This document shows, piece after piece, positions 1-8,499 of a DNA stretch of 13,248 nucleotides. The notes under the pieces are model-generated. The model was given only the letters and a program-made list of their open reading frames with translations. It searched no databases and was not told the DNA's origin. Source of the stretch: Bdellovibrionales bacterium (lineage in GTDB: Bacteria; Bdellovibrionota; Bdellovibrionia; Bdellovibrionales; UBA840); the NCBI GenBank assembly GCA_037969075.1, contig JBBKWS010000209.1, forward strand, positions 1 through 13,248, read 5' to 3'. The position numbers and the translations under genes are program-made. How positions within the stretch are numbered: position 1 is the stretch's first letter; every line of letters starts with the position of its first letter.

Positions 1-484
1 AAAAATCAGGCAAGACCTCTGGATGCAAACTTAAGTATTTTAAAGATAGGTTTGCACCTAAGCTTTGGCCATAAACAATCAAGGGTATGTTTTTTTCTTT
101 GCTTACCTTCAAACCCCAATCCATCATGGCTTCGATATCAATCATGGCTTTATCATTATTTACATTGCCCGTAGATTTGCCGTAACCACGGTAATCAAAT
201 AGGGCATAATCATAACCTGCTTGCGTAAACCAAAATAGAGTTACAAAGTGACTCGTAATATTTTGCGCATTACCATGAAAGAACAACACTAGGCCTTTAG
301 AGTCTTTTTTTTGCGGAAAATACCAACCATCTAATTTCTTAGTATCTTTTGTGACAAGAGTAATTTCATCTCTCTGAATTTTTGTGGTATCTACATCGTA
401 GTAGCTATCTTTGGTTGGCTGATAAAATAAAGACGTGCAGCCTGTAAAAATAGAAACAAAAAATAGTAATTGAAATAACCTCAT
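1..484 (-). CDS. Lipoprotein alpha/beta hydrolase (YfhR/ABHD-like), runs off window start (C-terminus missing)
   Basis: Not in the ORF track. Manual translation from ATG at 484: MRLFQLLFFVSIFTG-C-TSLFYQP...GWYFP...LVLFFHGNAQNITSH...FDYRGYGKSTG...YGQSLGA. Has lipobox FTGC, HGN and DYRGYG motifs and the GxSxG nucleophile elbow; open to position 1. Confidence 0.9.
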   Translation of the reverse strand, partial: MRLFQLLFFVSIFTGCTSLFYQPTKDSYYDVDTTKIQRDEITLVTKDTKKLDGWYFPQKKDSKGLVLFFHGNAQNITSHFVTLFWFTQAGYDYALFDYRGYGKSTGNVNNDKAMIDIEAMMDWGLKVSKEKNIPLIVYGQSLGANLSLKYLSLHPEVLPDF

Positions 485-551
485 AATACTAAAGTTAACT
501 TTATTTTATGAAATTATCTAGATACTTTTTAATCTTCATTAATTAATCTTG

Positions 552-1607
552 CTATTGCCAGCGAACCAAAAGACTCTGCGCCATAAAGCCAGGCCCAAAT
601 GCTAACATATAGCCTAAATCATCCTTGTTATTTTTTTGTAGCATAAACTTTTCTAAAATATGCAAAATTGTGGCGCTAGACATATTGCCATGCTCTTTTA
701 AGATATTTTTAGAAATACTAATGTCTTTACCAAATTGAGATATAAACTTATCCACACTAGTAATGATTTTCTTTCCGCCTGGATGAAACATGTAGTGGTG
801 TATATCTTCAGGCCTTAATTTGTTTTTATCCAAAAATGGATAAAAAATATGTTTAAAGTGAGAATCAATGGTATCCGGGATATCCCTATCTAAAATGATT
901 TTTAGACCAGTATTTTGTAAGTGGTACCCCATCAAATTAGCCGTTTCAGGAAAGTGATACATCGATGTATCCACAATTTCTGGTTTTAGTTCTGCACTTT
1001 TATCACCTAAAATTACACAAGCGGCACCATCAGCAAAAATAGCTGTGGAAACTAAATTTTCCATGGACATATCATCATGTTGAAAAGTAAGACTTGGGGC
1101 CTCAACCGATACAATAGCCACTTTGATACCTGGATTAGCTTTTACATATTGATTGGCATAGATTAATGCTGACGTTCCGCCCGCACAACCCATCTCTGTA
1201 ACCGGAAGCCTGTGTATATCTTGTCGCATTTTTAATTGATTAACGATATGAGCATCCATAGATGGGATCATGAAACCTGTACAACTTGTAGTGATTATAA
1301 CATCTATATCGGTCGCCTTTAAATTAGCTTCATCAAGAGCTTTTTTTAAGACCTCAACTCCAAGTTGAATACACTCTTTAATATAAATATTATTTTTAGC
1401 TTCAAACGTAGTTTTAGTAAACGCCTCTTCAAGAGGTACTACAGAATACCTAGTATCTATTTCAGCTCCATGAAAAATCTTTAGTGCCATTTTTCTATCT
1501 TTAGGATCTTTGTGAGAGAGCCACAAGTGGTCAGCTGTCTCAATGATTTCTGCAGTATGGTATTTGTATTTGGGTTTTACGGTGGATACTTGCAGAATTT
1601 TTGCCAT
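552..1607 (-). CDS. Type III polyketide synthase (chalcone/stilbene synthase-like)
   Basis: 351 aa. Cys-His-Asn catalytic triad motifs MGCAGG, FHPGGKKI and GNMSSAT, plus FADGAA, TSCTG and C-terminal AFGPG. GGAG SD upstream of ATG. Confidence 0.95.
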   Translation of the reverse strand: MAKILQVSTVKPKYKYHTAEIIETADHLWLSHKDPKDRKMALKIFHGAEIDTRYSVVPLEEAFTKTTFEAKNNIYIKECIQLGVEVLKKALDEANLKATDIDVIITTSCTGFMIPSMDAHIVNQLKMRQDIHRLPVTEMGCAGGTSALIYANQYVKANPGIKVAIVSVEAPSLTFQHDDMSMENLVSTAIFADGAACVILGDKSAELKPEIVDTSMYHFPETANLMGYHLQNTGLKIILDRDIPDTIDSHFKHIFYPFLDKNKLRPEDIHHYMFHPGGKKIITSVDKFISQFGKDISISKNILKEHGNMSSATILHILEKFMLQKNNKDDLGYMLAFGPGFMAQSLLVRWQ

Positions 1608-1624
1608 AGCTAATCTCCGTATAT

Positions 1625-1653
1625 ATCTTACACCTCTGCATAATTCTTAGCAA
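1625..1653 (-). promoter_or_regulatory. Putative sigma70 promoter of the type III PKS, overlapped by an inverted repeat
   Basis: Minus strand TTGCTA (1653-1648), 17-nt spacer, TAAGAT (1630-1625). A 9-bp inverted repeat with one mismatch (1631-1639/1654-1662) flanks the -35 box. Confidence 0.55.
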
Positions 1654-1709
1654 GCAGAGATGCGCATTTACATATTACGGCTATCAATACTCACGCGTAT
1701 ATAAACAGA

Positions 1710-3404
1710 CTAGAAGTATATGATGAACTCTAGTTCAGATAAAGATGTGTAAGCCTCAGTCTTTATATAATTAAACCTAAGCTGCTTCTCTTTAAACAGC
1801 TTGCGGCCAACAGAGAACTGATATCTTTTATCATCTCTAATGCTAGAGTAATAAACAGAATCTTGTCTAAGTACAGCACTCCATTTGTTCGTATCTAGCA
1901 CCAACTGATTGACATAACCTAAACCTAGGCTAGCCGATCTAGATTGGTAACGACTACTAGCGCTTCCTAATACTTGCCACTGCAAATTTTTTAATAATAA
2001 AAAACTGTAACCTAGCGCATAGCTAAAGTTAGTATACGCCGTTCTATCAATATCATCCTTATAAGATAGCGATAGTTCATAAGACGCATTTTTAAATAAC
2101 TCAGTATATAGCGGGTACGACTTCATCTCTAATAAAGTCAATTTTCGTAAAGTAAGTTCGTCTTCTTTATAATCTATCTTTGTTTCTAACAGTGAAATAC
2201 TTGTAGTAGACATGTATTCTGACGGCGTAAGTTGATCCTTCATGGCAGGTAGTAAATGCAAACCCGCGGTGTTGTTGGATGCTGTCAGGCCGATAAACGT
2301 AGTGGGCCACTCTGATAAAATAGATTTCTTTGGCTTATCAATAGCTAAGAATGTTTTTTGGGGTCCAAGCTTAGCTCTTTGCAACTGCAGTTGATATAAT
2401 TCATTCTCGAGGTCCACACCCTGATTAGATTTCAAGTAAGTGAGGTCCATTTTTACTTCTAAAACTTTTGCAGACTCTGCATTTTTATCAGATAACACCT
2501 GCCTTTTCTCATCTCTTGTAAGACTTAGCCATTTAGCCTCAATCACTCTTAGATTCGATGGTCTAAATTTAAAACCATCTATCACACTATTTTTTTGCAA
2601 TGACTTAAGTGTATCAAATGGAATGGTGGAAAACCAAAAACCACCCACCAAATCTTTTTCGGGAAACAAAACTTGAATTAAAGACAGCACTAAATAAGAA
2701 CAATTATAATCAAAGTAGTAGTAAGGAAAATCTTGTTCTTCAATTTCAATAATATGGTGCAAGAGCTTAATCTTTTGCTCTTTAGTTAAATCTAGTGGAA
2801 ATTCCCACAAATCCCTTCCTTCAATATGCACATACTCTTTAACTTTCATATGATACGGTAGAAGTGAAAATCTAGCTGGATAAAAACCAAAAATACCTTT
2901 CATAGAAAATACAAGACCTGTATCAGCACCAGTCATAGCGGCTGCATCTAAACTGTAATCTAGAAGATCTTGGCCTTTTGATTTCTTCGATCTTAACTTT
3001 AAAAAAGTATGCCCAAAAAGTGATGAGGCTGATGACATGTAACTAGATGCAAAGACAAGACTCACTTGATCGATAGCTAAAAATTCTTGCCACTCTTTCC
3101 AGTAGGCGCAAGGTCTTCTTAGTTTTTTATCAATACCAAATGTCTTAAATATAAAATCACTTCTTGCTGGAAATCTGCATTGCGGGTCTTTTCTCCCATC
3201 TCCTGAATATGGCGCAAGGATCGCTTTATAAGTGGCCTCAAGCTCATCTTCAGCGGACTTTGTGTCTGATAAAAAAAAGGATTTGGAGGTAATTAAAGAT
3301 CGCTTGTTTTCGATATGCAAAAGAGTTTGCCACTCTCTGGATGTAGCAACTGTAGAAAAATCAGATGCCTGAAGATAAACACTAAAAAATAAAAAAGCTA
3401 GCAT
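1710..3404 (-). CDS. DUF4105 (Lnb N-terminal-like) domain protein, probable exported/outer-membrane His-Cys catalytic protein
   Basis: 564 aa. Short hydrophobic N-terminus; motifs EWQTLLH, CRFPAR, SSLFGHTFL, EGRDLWEF and YYYFDYNCSY typical of DUF4105. C-terminal region of amphipathic beta-strands ends in an aromatic residue (FIIYF). Adjacent to DUF3015. Confidence 0.85.
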   Translation of the reverse strand: MLAFLFFSVYLQASDFSTVATSREWQTLLHIENKRSLITSKSFFLSDTKSAEDELEATYKAILAPYSGDGRKDPQCRFPARSDFIFKTFGIDKKLRRPCAYWKEWQEFLAIDQVSLVFASSYMSSASSLFGHTFLKLRSKKSKGQDLLDYSLDAAAMTGADTGLVFSMKGIFGFYPARFSLLPYHMKVKEYVHIEGRDLWEFPLDLTKEQKIKLLHHIIEIEEQDFPYYYFDYNCSYLVLSLIQVLFPEKDLVGGFWFSTIPFDTLKSLQKNSVIDGFKFRPSNLRVIEAKWLSLTRDEKRQVLSDKNAESAKVLEVKMDLTYLKSNQGVDLENELYQLQLQRAKLGPQKTFLAIDKPKKSILSEWPTTFIGLTASNNTAGLHLLPAMKDQLTPSEYMSTTSISLLETKIDYKEDELTLRKLTLLEMKSYPLYTELFKNASYELSLSYKDDIDRTAYTNFSYALGYSFLLLKNLQWQVLGSASSRYQSRSASLGLGYVNQLVLDTNKWSAVLRQDSVYYSSIRDDKRYQFSVGRKLFKEKQLRFNYIKTEAYTSLSELEFIIYF

Positions 3405-3430
3405 GCAGAAATACTACTAGATGCTAGCTT
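3382..3430 (-). terminator. Intrinsic terminator-like hairpin downstream of DUF3015, overlapping the DUF4105 start codon
   Basis: Minus strand AAGCTAGCAT (3430-3421), 16 nt, ATGCTAGCTT (3404-3395): perfect 10-bp stem followed by TTTTATTTTTT. Confidence 0.6.
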
Positions 3431-3442
3431 GTTGGCAATATT

Positions 3443-3919
3443 TTATAGCGAAGCTGTATTTGTCGAAGTTACGCACGTTGATGGTGGCACTGCCTTATAA
3501 ATATTAGTCAGAATCTCTTCTGCTGTAATTTCTTGGCTTGTCACAATCATAGCGTAATTAGTTTGGGTAGAAGCAGAGAACAATTTTGCCTTCTCACCAG
3601 TGCAACCATAAAGCATAGCAAGCGCCTCTAATCTTTCGCCCTCACCCTTAGCCATTTCTTGCAAAAGTTCTTTTTGGTTAGATTTTACATAGATCCTAAG
3701 CTCTTCATCATTTTTAACTATAGCTGAGGAAGAACAATTAGACGTTCCAAAAGTAATTCCTAGCGGTTGCGTAAGAAAAAATGAATTCGTCGTCATAGAG
3801 AGAAGCTGCTGCACTTTTGCATTTTTAGATATAATCACCGAACCTAAACCACAGCCTGAGTCGGCAGCAAATGCACTTGTAGAACATAGAACGATAGAAA
3901 CCAATATAAGCTTTTTCAT
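3443..3919 (-). CDS. DUF3015 family secreted protein
   Basis: 158 aa. Sec signal MKKLILVSIVLCSTSAFA; motifs GCGLGS, TTN, LGITFGTSNC and EMAKGEGERLEALA..YGC characteristic of DUF3015. AGGAG SD. Confidence 0.88.
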   Translation of the reverse strand: MKKLILVSIVLCSTSAFAADSGCGLGSVIISKNAKVQQLLSMTTNSFFLTQPLGITFGTSNCSSSAIVKNDEELRIYVKSNQKELLQEMAKGEGERLEALAMLYGCTGEKAKLFSASTQTNYAMIVTSQEITAEEILTNIYKAVPPSTCVTSTNTASL

Positions 3920-3950
3920 AAGAACTCCTTTTCTTAAAATGAATGCTAAT

Positions 3951-4421
3951 TTAATTAAATAATTGCTTTAAAATTTGAATATCACTCATTAGACGCTTTA
4001 AGTCTTTTTGAACCTGTACTAGATCATGACTAATAGCTTTGTACTCGTTGATTCTTTTTACTTCGTTCTTAGTGTTACTAAGAACTTTTCTAGCACCCTC
4101 GATCGAAAAACGATCCCGGTGCAAAAGCTTTTGAATCATTAAAGCCGTTTCAACATTTTTTCTAGTATACATTCTTTGGTTATTACCAGATTTTTTAGGA
4201 CTCAGTTCTTCAAACTCAGTTTCCCAGTATCTTAATACATATTGCTTAACACCTAAGATGTCTGCAACTTCGCCAATTTTAAAGGCCATTTTATCCGGAA
4301 TTTTTGATAGTTTTTCAAGATAGTTTGCATCTACCAAAGATAATGGCATATCCACTGCGGCGGCCTTTTCATCTACTGCATTTACAATAGGGGGATTTTC
4401 GCCCTCTGGTAAAAACTCCAT
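3951..4421 (-). CDS. MerR-family HTH transcriptional regulator (ihfA-associated type)
   Basis: FKIGEVADILGVKQYVLRYWETEF...NQRMY...FSIEGARK MerR HTH. Abuts the ihfA stop codon, matching the conserved pheT-ihfA-merR order. True start could be a downstream Met. Confidence 0.92.
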   Translation of the reverse strand: MEFLPEGENPPIVNAVDEKAAAVDMPLSLVDANYLEKLSKIPDKMAFKIGEVADILGVKQYVLRYWETEFEELSPKKSGNNQRMYTRKNVETALMIQKLLHRDRFSIEGARKVLSNTKNEVKRINEYKAISHDLVQVQKDLKRLMSDIQILKQLFN

Positions 4422-4760
4422 CTAGTCGTCATCCTCTACGATTCCAGTAAGATCCTCGCCATTTAAAATCGCTTTTAAAACTTGGCTAGGACGAAATGTT
4501 AATACTCTTCTTGCAGAAATTGTAATTTGATCGCCCGTCTGAGGGTTACGACCAATGCGCGATTTTTTTTCGCGAACTATAAAGTTGCCAAAACCTGAGA
4601 TTTTTACTTTTTCACCCTTTTCTAAAACCGCTTTCAAAGAATTAAAAACTAACTCTACATATTCAGAAGCTTCTTTTTTAGAAAAACCAATTTTCTCATA
4701 TACATTTTCAACGATGTCAGCTTTTGTCATTGTTGATTTGCTTTGATTTTGGCCGCTCAT
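4422..4760 (-). CDS. ihfA: Integration host factor subunit alpha
   Basis: MTKADIVE...VKISGFGNF...RIGRNPQTGDQITISARRVLTFRPSQVLK HU/IHF fold; located directly after pheT. Confidence 0.95.
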   Translation of the reverse strand: MSGQNQSKSTMTKADIVENVYEKIGFSKKEASEYVELVFNSLKAVLEKGEKVKISGFGNFIVREKKSRIGRNPQTGDQITISARRVLTFRPSQVLKAILNGEDLTGIVEDDD

Positions 4761-4786
4761 ACTTTATCCTTTACTTCTATACTGAA

Positions 4787-4814
4787 AGGCTACCAACTAC
4801 CTGGAAACTTTCAA
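4787..4814 (-). promoter_or_regulatory. Possible internal promoter for ihfA
   Basis: Minus strand TTGAAA (4814-4809), 16-nt spacer, TAGCCT (4792-4787) in the 75-bp pheT-ihfA gap. AAGGA SD before the ATG. Confidence 0.35.
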
Positions 4815-4835
4815 GTTTTTTATAAATTCAGCTGC

Positions 4836-7262
4836 TTAACGCACTTCAGCGCCGAACTTGGCTTTTACGGATTCAATAATTTTTGACTGTAAATCAAGCA
4901 ACTGCTCTTCGCTCATCGTCTTGTTTTTATCTTGGACTAAAAACCGAAATCCTAACGACTTCTTCTCTTCACTTAAATTGCCGCCCTCAAAGGCGTCAAA
5001 TATCTTAATGTGTACAATATTCTCAGAAAACTGAGTCAAAATGTATCTCTCTATCTCACCTGCAGCTAACGTTTTATCACAGATAAAGGCCAAATCCCTT
5101 TCGACTGCAGGGTAAGCTACCAATGGTACCGCTTTGATTTGCCTTACAAACAATTGACTCAAAGACTCAATATCAAACTCTGCAAAAGCCACGTCGCAAC
5201 GAATTTTTTCATCACTTTTGATTTTAGGGTGAAGACTTCCTATAACTCCAAATAACTTACCTTGCACAACTAATGCAGCAGTTTGACCTGGATGTAAAAA
5301 AGAGGGTCCTCGACTTAGCTGCTTCCATTCCCAATCAACGAGTCCCATCTGTAAAAATAAGTTTTCTACATGTGCCTTTAACGAAAACACATTAAGATGG
5401 TTTGATGATTTCCATAAGTTTTCATCGCGTCCCCAATACACTAGAGCTAGCCTTTGTGATTGCACATAACCCTGCGTGCCTTTTTTGAAAACTTGTCCAA
5501 GCTCAAAAAGTTTCCCTGTCAGGTTACCTCTACGGTAATTTAAACATAGGTTGTTAAACAGCGAGTATGCAGTTGAGGATCTTAATACATTATAATCTTC
5601 ACTTAATGGGTTTAATATTTTTACTGGCTCAACTGTTGTTGGTAAGCCAGCCTCGTCTAAAAGCTTTTCTTCGCCGACAAACTTTTTTTGTCTACTATCA
5701 TTTACAAATGCATAGTTTAGAGCTTCAGATACCCCATATAAACTAAGTTTTTCGCGAATAGAGTAATGCAATTCATAGGATTTAACATGTGGACTAGGCT
5801 CTCCACTTACATTTGGTGGGTTAGTTGGTATTTTATCGTAGCCTTCAAGTCTTGCGTACTCTTCAACTAAATCTTCTGCGATATTTAAATCAACTCGAAA
5901 ACTAGGCGGAACAACGCTAAACTTCTTACCATTAATATCCACTTTACAGTTTAATCTAGTAAGCCAGCTCGAGAGCTTTTGTTCATCTACTGGCATCCCT
6001 ACCTTTTGACTCACAAAATCACTATCCAAAGATATAACAGACTTATCTATAGGTGTTGGATAAATATCATGAACATCACTGTAAGCCTCGCCGCCTGCCA
6101 CTTTTAACACGAGCTCAGTAACTCGGTCTAGAACCCTTAAGTTTGCAGTGGGATCGACCCCTCTAGAAAAACGGTAACCCGAGTCAGTTTCAATGCCATG
6201 ACGTCTAGAAGATTTACGAACTGTTTGTGGCACAAAATACGCACATTCAATAAATATATCCTTTGTAGACTCACTCACTCCTGAATTTTTACCGCCCACA
6301 ATGCCTGCCATTCCAACTGGTTTTTTGGCATCGTAAATCATAAGTTCACTTCCATCTAACTTGTATTCAGTGCCATCTAAACTAGTAAAGGACTCATTTT
6401 TTTCTGAAGTAGCTACACGAATTTCTTTACCTTCAAGATTATCAACATCGTAAGCGTGAAGTGGTTGACCTGTTTCTAACATTACATAATTGGTTACATC
6501 GACGATATTATTAATAGAATTAAATCCCAATGATTCTAATCTTTGCTTTAGCCAGCCCGGACTATCTCCGACTTTAACACCCGCCACATAACGACCCGTA
6601 AAACGCGGACACAAATCACCGTTAGTAAGACTTAGCTTAATTTTTTTCTTAGTTGATTCTTTACTTAATTTTGGCGTTTCAGATGGCGTCAGCAGAGGTT
6701 TTTCGATAATGCACGAGATCTCTCTGGCTAAACCATAGTGACTCAAGCAATCCGCACGGTTGGGAGTTACTTTTAACTCAAAAAATACATCATCTAAGCT
6801 GTAGTATTTTGAAAAATCCATACCAGCCTTTGCGTCCTCTGGTAGAATCAACAGACCCTTTGATTCGTTGGATAGACCCAATTCTTTTTCTGAGCACAGC
6901 ATGCCGCTTGAATCTACGCCTCTTAGCTTCGTAACTGTGATATTCATACCGTTTGGAAGGCTAGCTCCCGGTAAGGCGACAATTACCTTATCCCCTTCTT
7001 TGTGATTTTTTGCTCCACAAACAATCTGGTGAACTACACCGTCACCGGTTGAGACTTGGCAAACACTTAGCTTGTCAGCATCAGGGTGTTGTTTTTTTTC
7101 AATGATGGCACCCACTACAACTTGTTGAAATTGCTTGGCCTGATTTTCTACGCCCTCTACTTCAAGACCCGCACTAGTTAAAATAGTAGCTAAGTCTTGT
7201 GGCTTTTGAAAAAATTCTTTTACATCAACAAACTCATTGATCCATTTTAGGGAAACTTTCAT
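4836..7262 (-). CDS. pheT: Phenylalanine--tRNA ligase beta subunit
   Basis: 808 aa. [59 protein letters not shown] and C-terminal FDX-ACB domain ([10 protein letters not shown]). 4-bp overlap with pheS. Confidence 0.99.
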   Translation of the reverse strand: MKVSLKWINEFVDVKEFFQKPQDLATILTSAGLEVEGVENQAKQFQQVVVGAIIEKKQHPDADKLSVCQVSTGDGVVHQIVCGAKNHKEGDKVIVALPGASLPNGMNITVTKLRGVDSSGMLCSEKELGLSNESKGLLILPEDAKAGMDFSKYYSLDDVFFELKVTPNRADCLSHYGLAREISCIIEKPLLTPSETPKLSKESTKKKIKLSLTNGDLCPRFTGRYVAGVKVGDSPGWLKQRLESLGFNSINNIVDVTNYVMLETGQPLHAYDVDNLEGKEIRVATSEKNESFTSLDGTEYKLDGSELMIYDAKKPVGMAGIVGGKNSGVSESTKDIFIECAYFVPQTVRKSSRRHGIETDSGYRFSRGVDPTANLRVLDRVTELVLKVAGGEAYSDVHDIYPTPIDKSVISLDSDFVSQKVGMPVDEQKLSSWLTRLNCKVDINGKKFSVVPPSFRVDLNIAEDLVEEYARLEGYDKIPTNPPNVSGEPSPHVKSYELHYSIREKLSLYGVSEALNYAFVNDSRQKKFVGEEKLLDEAGLPTTVEPVKILNPLSEDYNVLRSSTAYSLFNNLCLNYRRGNLTGKLFELGQVFKKGTQGYVQSQRLALVYWGRDENLWKSSNHLNVFSLKAHVENLFLQMGLVDWEWKQLSRGPSFLHPGQTAALVVQGKLFGVIGSLHPKIKSDEKIRCDVAFAEFDIESLSQLFVRQIKAVPLVAYPAVERDLAFICDKTLAAGEIERYILTQFSENIVHIKIFDAFEGGNLSEEKKSLGFRFLVQDKNKTMSEEQLLDLQSKIIESVKAKFGAEVR

Positions 7263-8281
7263 CGAAATTGCTCCAAAAACCTTGTGTCATTATCTGAAAA
7301 TTGACGAATATCATTTATGCCGTACTTACCCATTGCTAGTCTTTCTATTCCGAAACCAAAAGCATAGCCTTGCCAGTCTTTAGAAGAAACGCCTGCTTGT
7401 TCAAACACATTTGGGTGTACAAGTCCGCAGCCACCGACTTCGATCCAACCAGTATTAGAGCAAAGTCTACAGCCTTTTCCGCTGCAGCCTGGGCACGTAC
7501 AATCCACTTCGGCCGAGGGCTCAGTAAACGGAAAGAAGCTAGGACGAAATCTAGTTTGTACTTGAGAGCCAAAAAATTCTTTATTAAAAAAAGATAGTAC
7601 TCCTTTTAAATCAGCCATAGAGACTTTTTTATCTACCAGCATACCTTCCATTTGATGAAACATCGGAGAGTGGGTTGCATCGGCATCTACCCTAAATACA
7701 GCCCCGGGTCCTAAAACGCGCAAAGGCAGACTTTCTTTTTCTAGAGAATGGATTTGTATAGGGCTAGTTTGGGTACGAAGTACATAGGTGCTATCAATAT
7801 AAAACGTATCTTGCATATCTCTGGCTGGGTGATCTTTAGGGATATTGAGGGCTTCAAAATTGTATTTATCTAATTCAATCATGGGACCTGTACGAACACT
7901 GAAACCAATTTTAGAAAAAATCGATACCATTTGATCAATCACCATTTGAATCGGATGCTTAGTACCCACACTTACTTGAGGACCTGGCAGGGTCATATCT
8001 ACCCGCTCAGATTCAATCTGGTTAGTTAGTTCTTTTATCCCTAAGTCAGATTCTGCCGCGGTATAAAGTTCTTCTAAATGAGCCTTTATTACATTTACTC
8101 TTTTACCGAACTCGGGCCGCTCTTCTTTTGATAAACTACCCACATCGCGCATGATTAAAGATAGAGAACCTTGTTTACCAAGATACTTTACTTTTAAGTC
8201 GTAGAGTTCTTTAGATGTTTTTGCCGATTTAAAGTCGGCCTCAGCTTGCTCTTGTATTTGTTTTAGTTTTTCGTCTAACAT
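7259..8281 (-). CDS. pheS: Phenylalanine--tRNA ligase alpha subunit
   Basis: 340 aa. [42 protein letters not shown], CxxC..CxxC insertion and [11 protein letters not shown]. Confidence 0.99.
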   Translation of the reverse strand: MLDEKLKQIQEQAEADFKSAKTSKELYDLKVKYLGKQGSLSLIMRDVGSLSKEERPEFGKRVNVIKAHLEELYTAAESDLGIKELTNQIESERVDMTLPGPQVSVGTKHPIQMVIDQMVSIFSKIGFSVRTGPMIELDKYNFEALNIPKDHPARDMQDTFYIDSTYVLRTQTSPIQIHSLEKESLPLRVLGPGAVFRVDADATHSPMFHQMEGMLVDKKVSMADLKGVLSFFNKEFFGSQVQTRFRPSFFPFTEPSAEVDCTCPGCSGKGCRLCSNTGWIEVGGCGLVHPNVFEQAGVSSKDWQGYAFGFGIERLAMGKYGINDIRQFSDNDTRFLEQFR

Positions 8282-8288
8282 CTCTTAA

Positions 8289-8316
8289 ATATTAAGGATT
8301 ATCTCAACTTTAGCAA
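8289..8316 (-). promoter_or_regulatory. Putative pheS promoter, positioned for a leaderless or near-leaderless mRNA
   Basis: Minus strand TTGCTA (8316-8311), 16-nt spacer, TAATAT (8294-8289), then 7 nt, then the ATG at 8281. No properly spaced SD. Confidence 0.4.
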
Positions 8317-8453
8317 GTACTTACCTCTTTTCCCTAGCTCTTGCGTAAGATCAATGAAGCCTACAAAAACATCATTTTTGCCGATCCATACACTCTCGCC
8401 AATTTAGATCAAAGCAAACTACCGCTGAGTAGCACAAGTTTTTTGCATGGGTA

Positions 8454-8482
8454 TTGCCACAAAGTCTATAAGCTCACATACT
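8454..8482 (+). promoter_or_regulatory. Putative promoter of the YhhQ-like gene
   Basis: TTGCCA (8454-8459), 17-nt spacer, CATACT (8477-8482). SD-like AGGAAG at 8489-8494. Confidence 0.4.
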
Positions 8483-8499
8483 TTTTACAGGAAGTATGA

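Noticed and set aside
491..502. AAAGTTAACTTT palindrome upstream of the hydrolase
   Set aside because: Short and almost all A/T in a very AT-rich spacer; expected by chance.
2440..2676. 78-aa plus-strand ORF
   Set aside because: Antisense shadow inside the DUF4105 gene; no recognisable motif.
4555..4746. 63-aa plus-strand ORF
   Set aside because: Antisense to ihfA; shadow ORF.
4809..4821. IHF-box-like TTTCAAGTTTTTT over the putative ihfA -35 (autoregulation)
   Set aside because: Two mismatches to WATCAANNNNTTR in AT-rich DNA; not distinguishable from background.
7345..7597. Two 75-aa ORFs (7345-7572 minus, 7370-7597 plus)
   Set aside because: Both lie within the conserved pheS in alternative frames; no family features.
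8282..8499. preQ1 riboswitch, T-box or Phe attenuator in the pheS/yhhQ intergenic region
   Set aside because: No recognisable aptamer consensus, T-box motif or Phe-rich leader peptide by eye.
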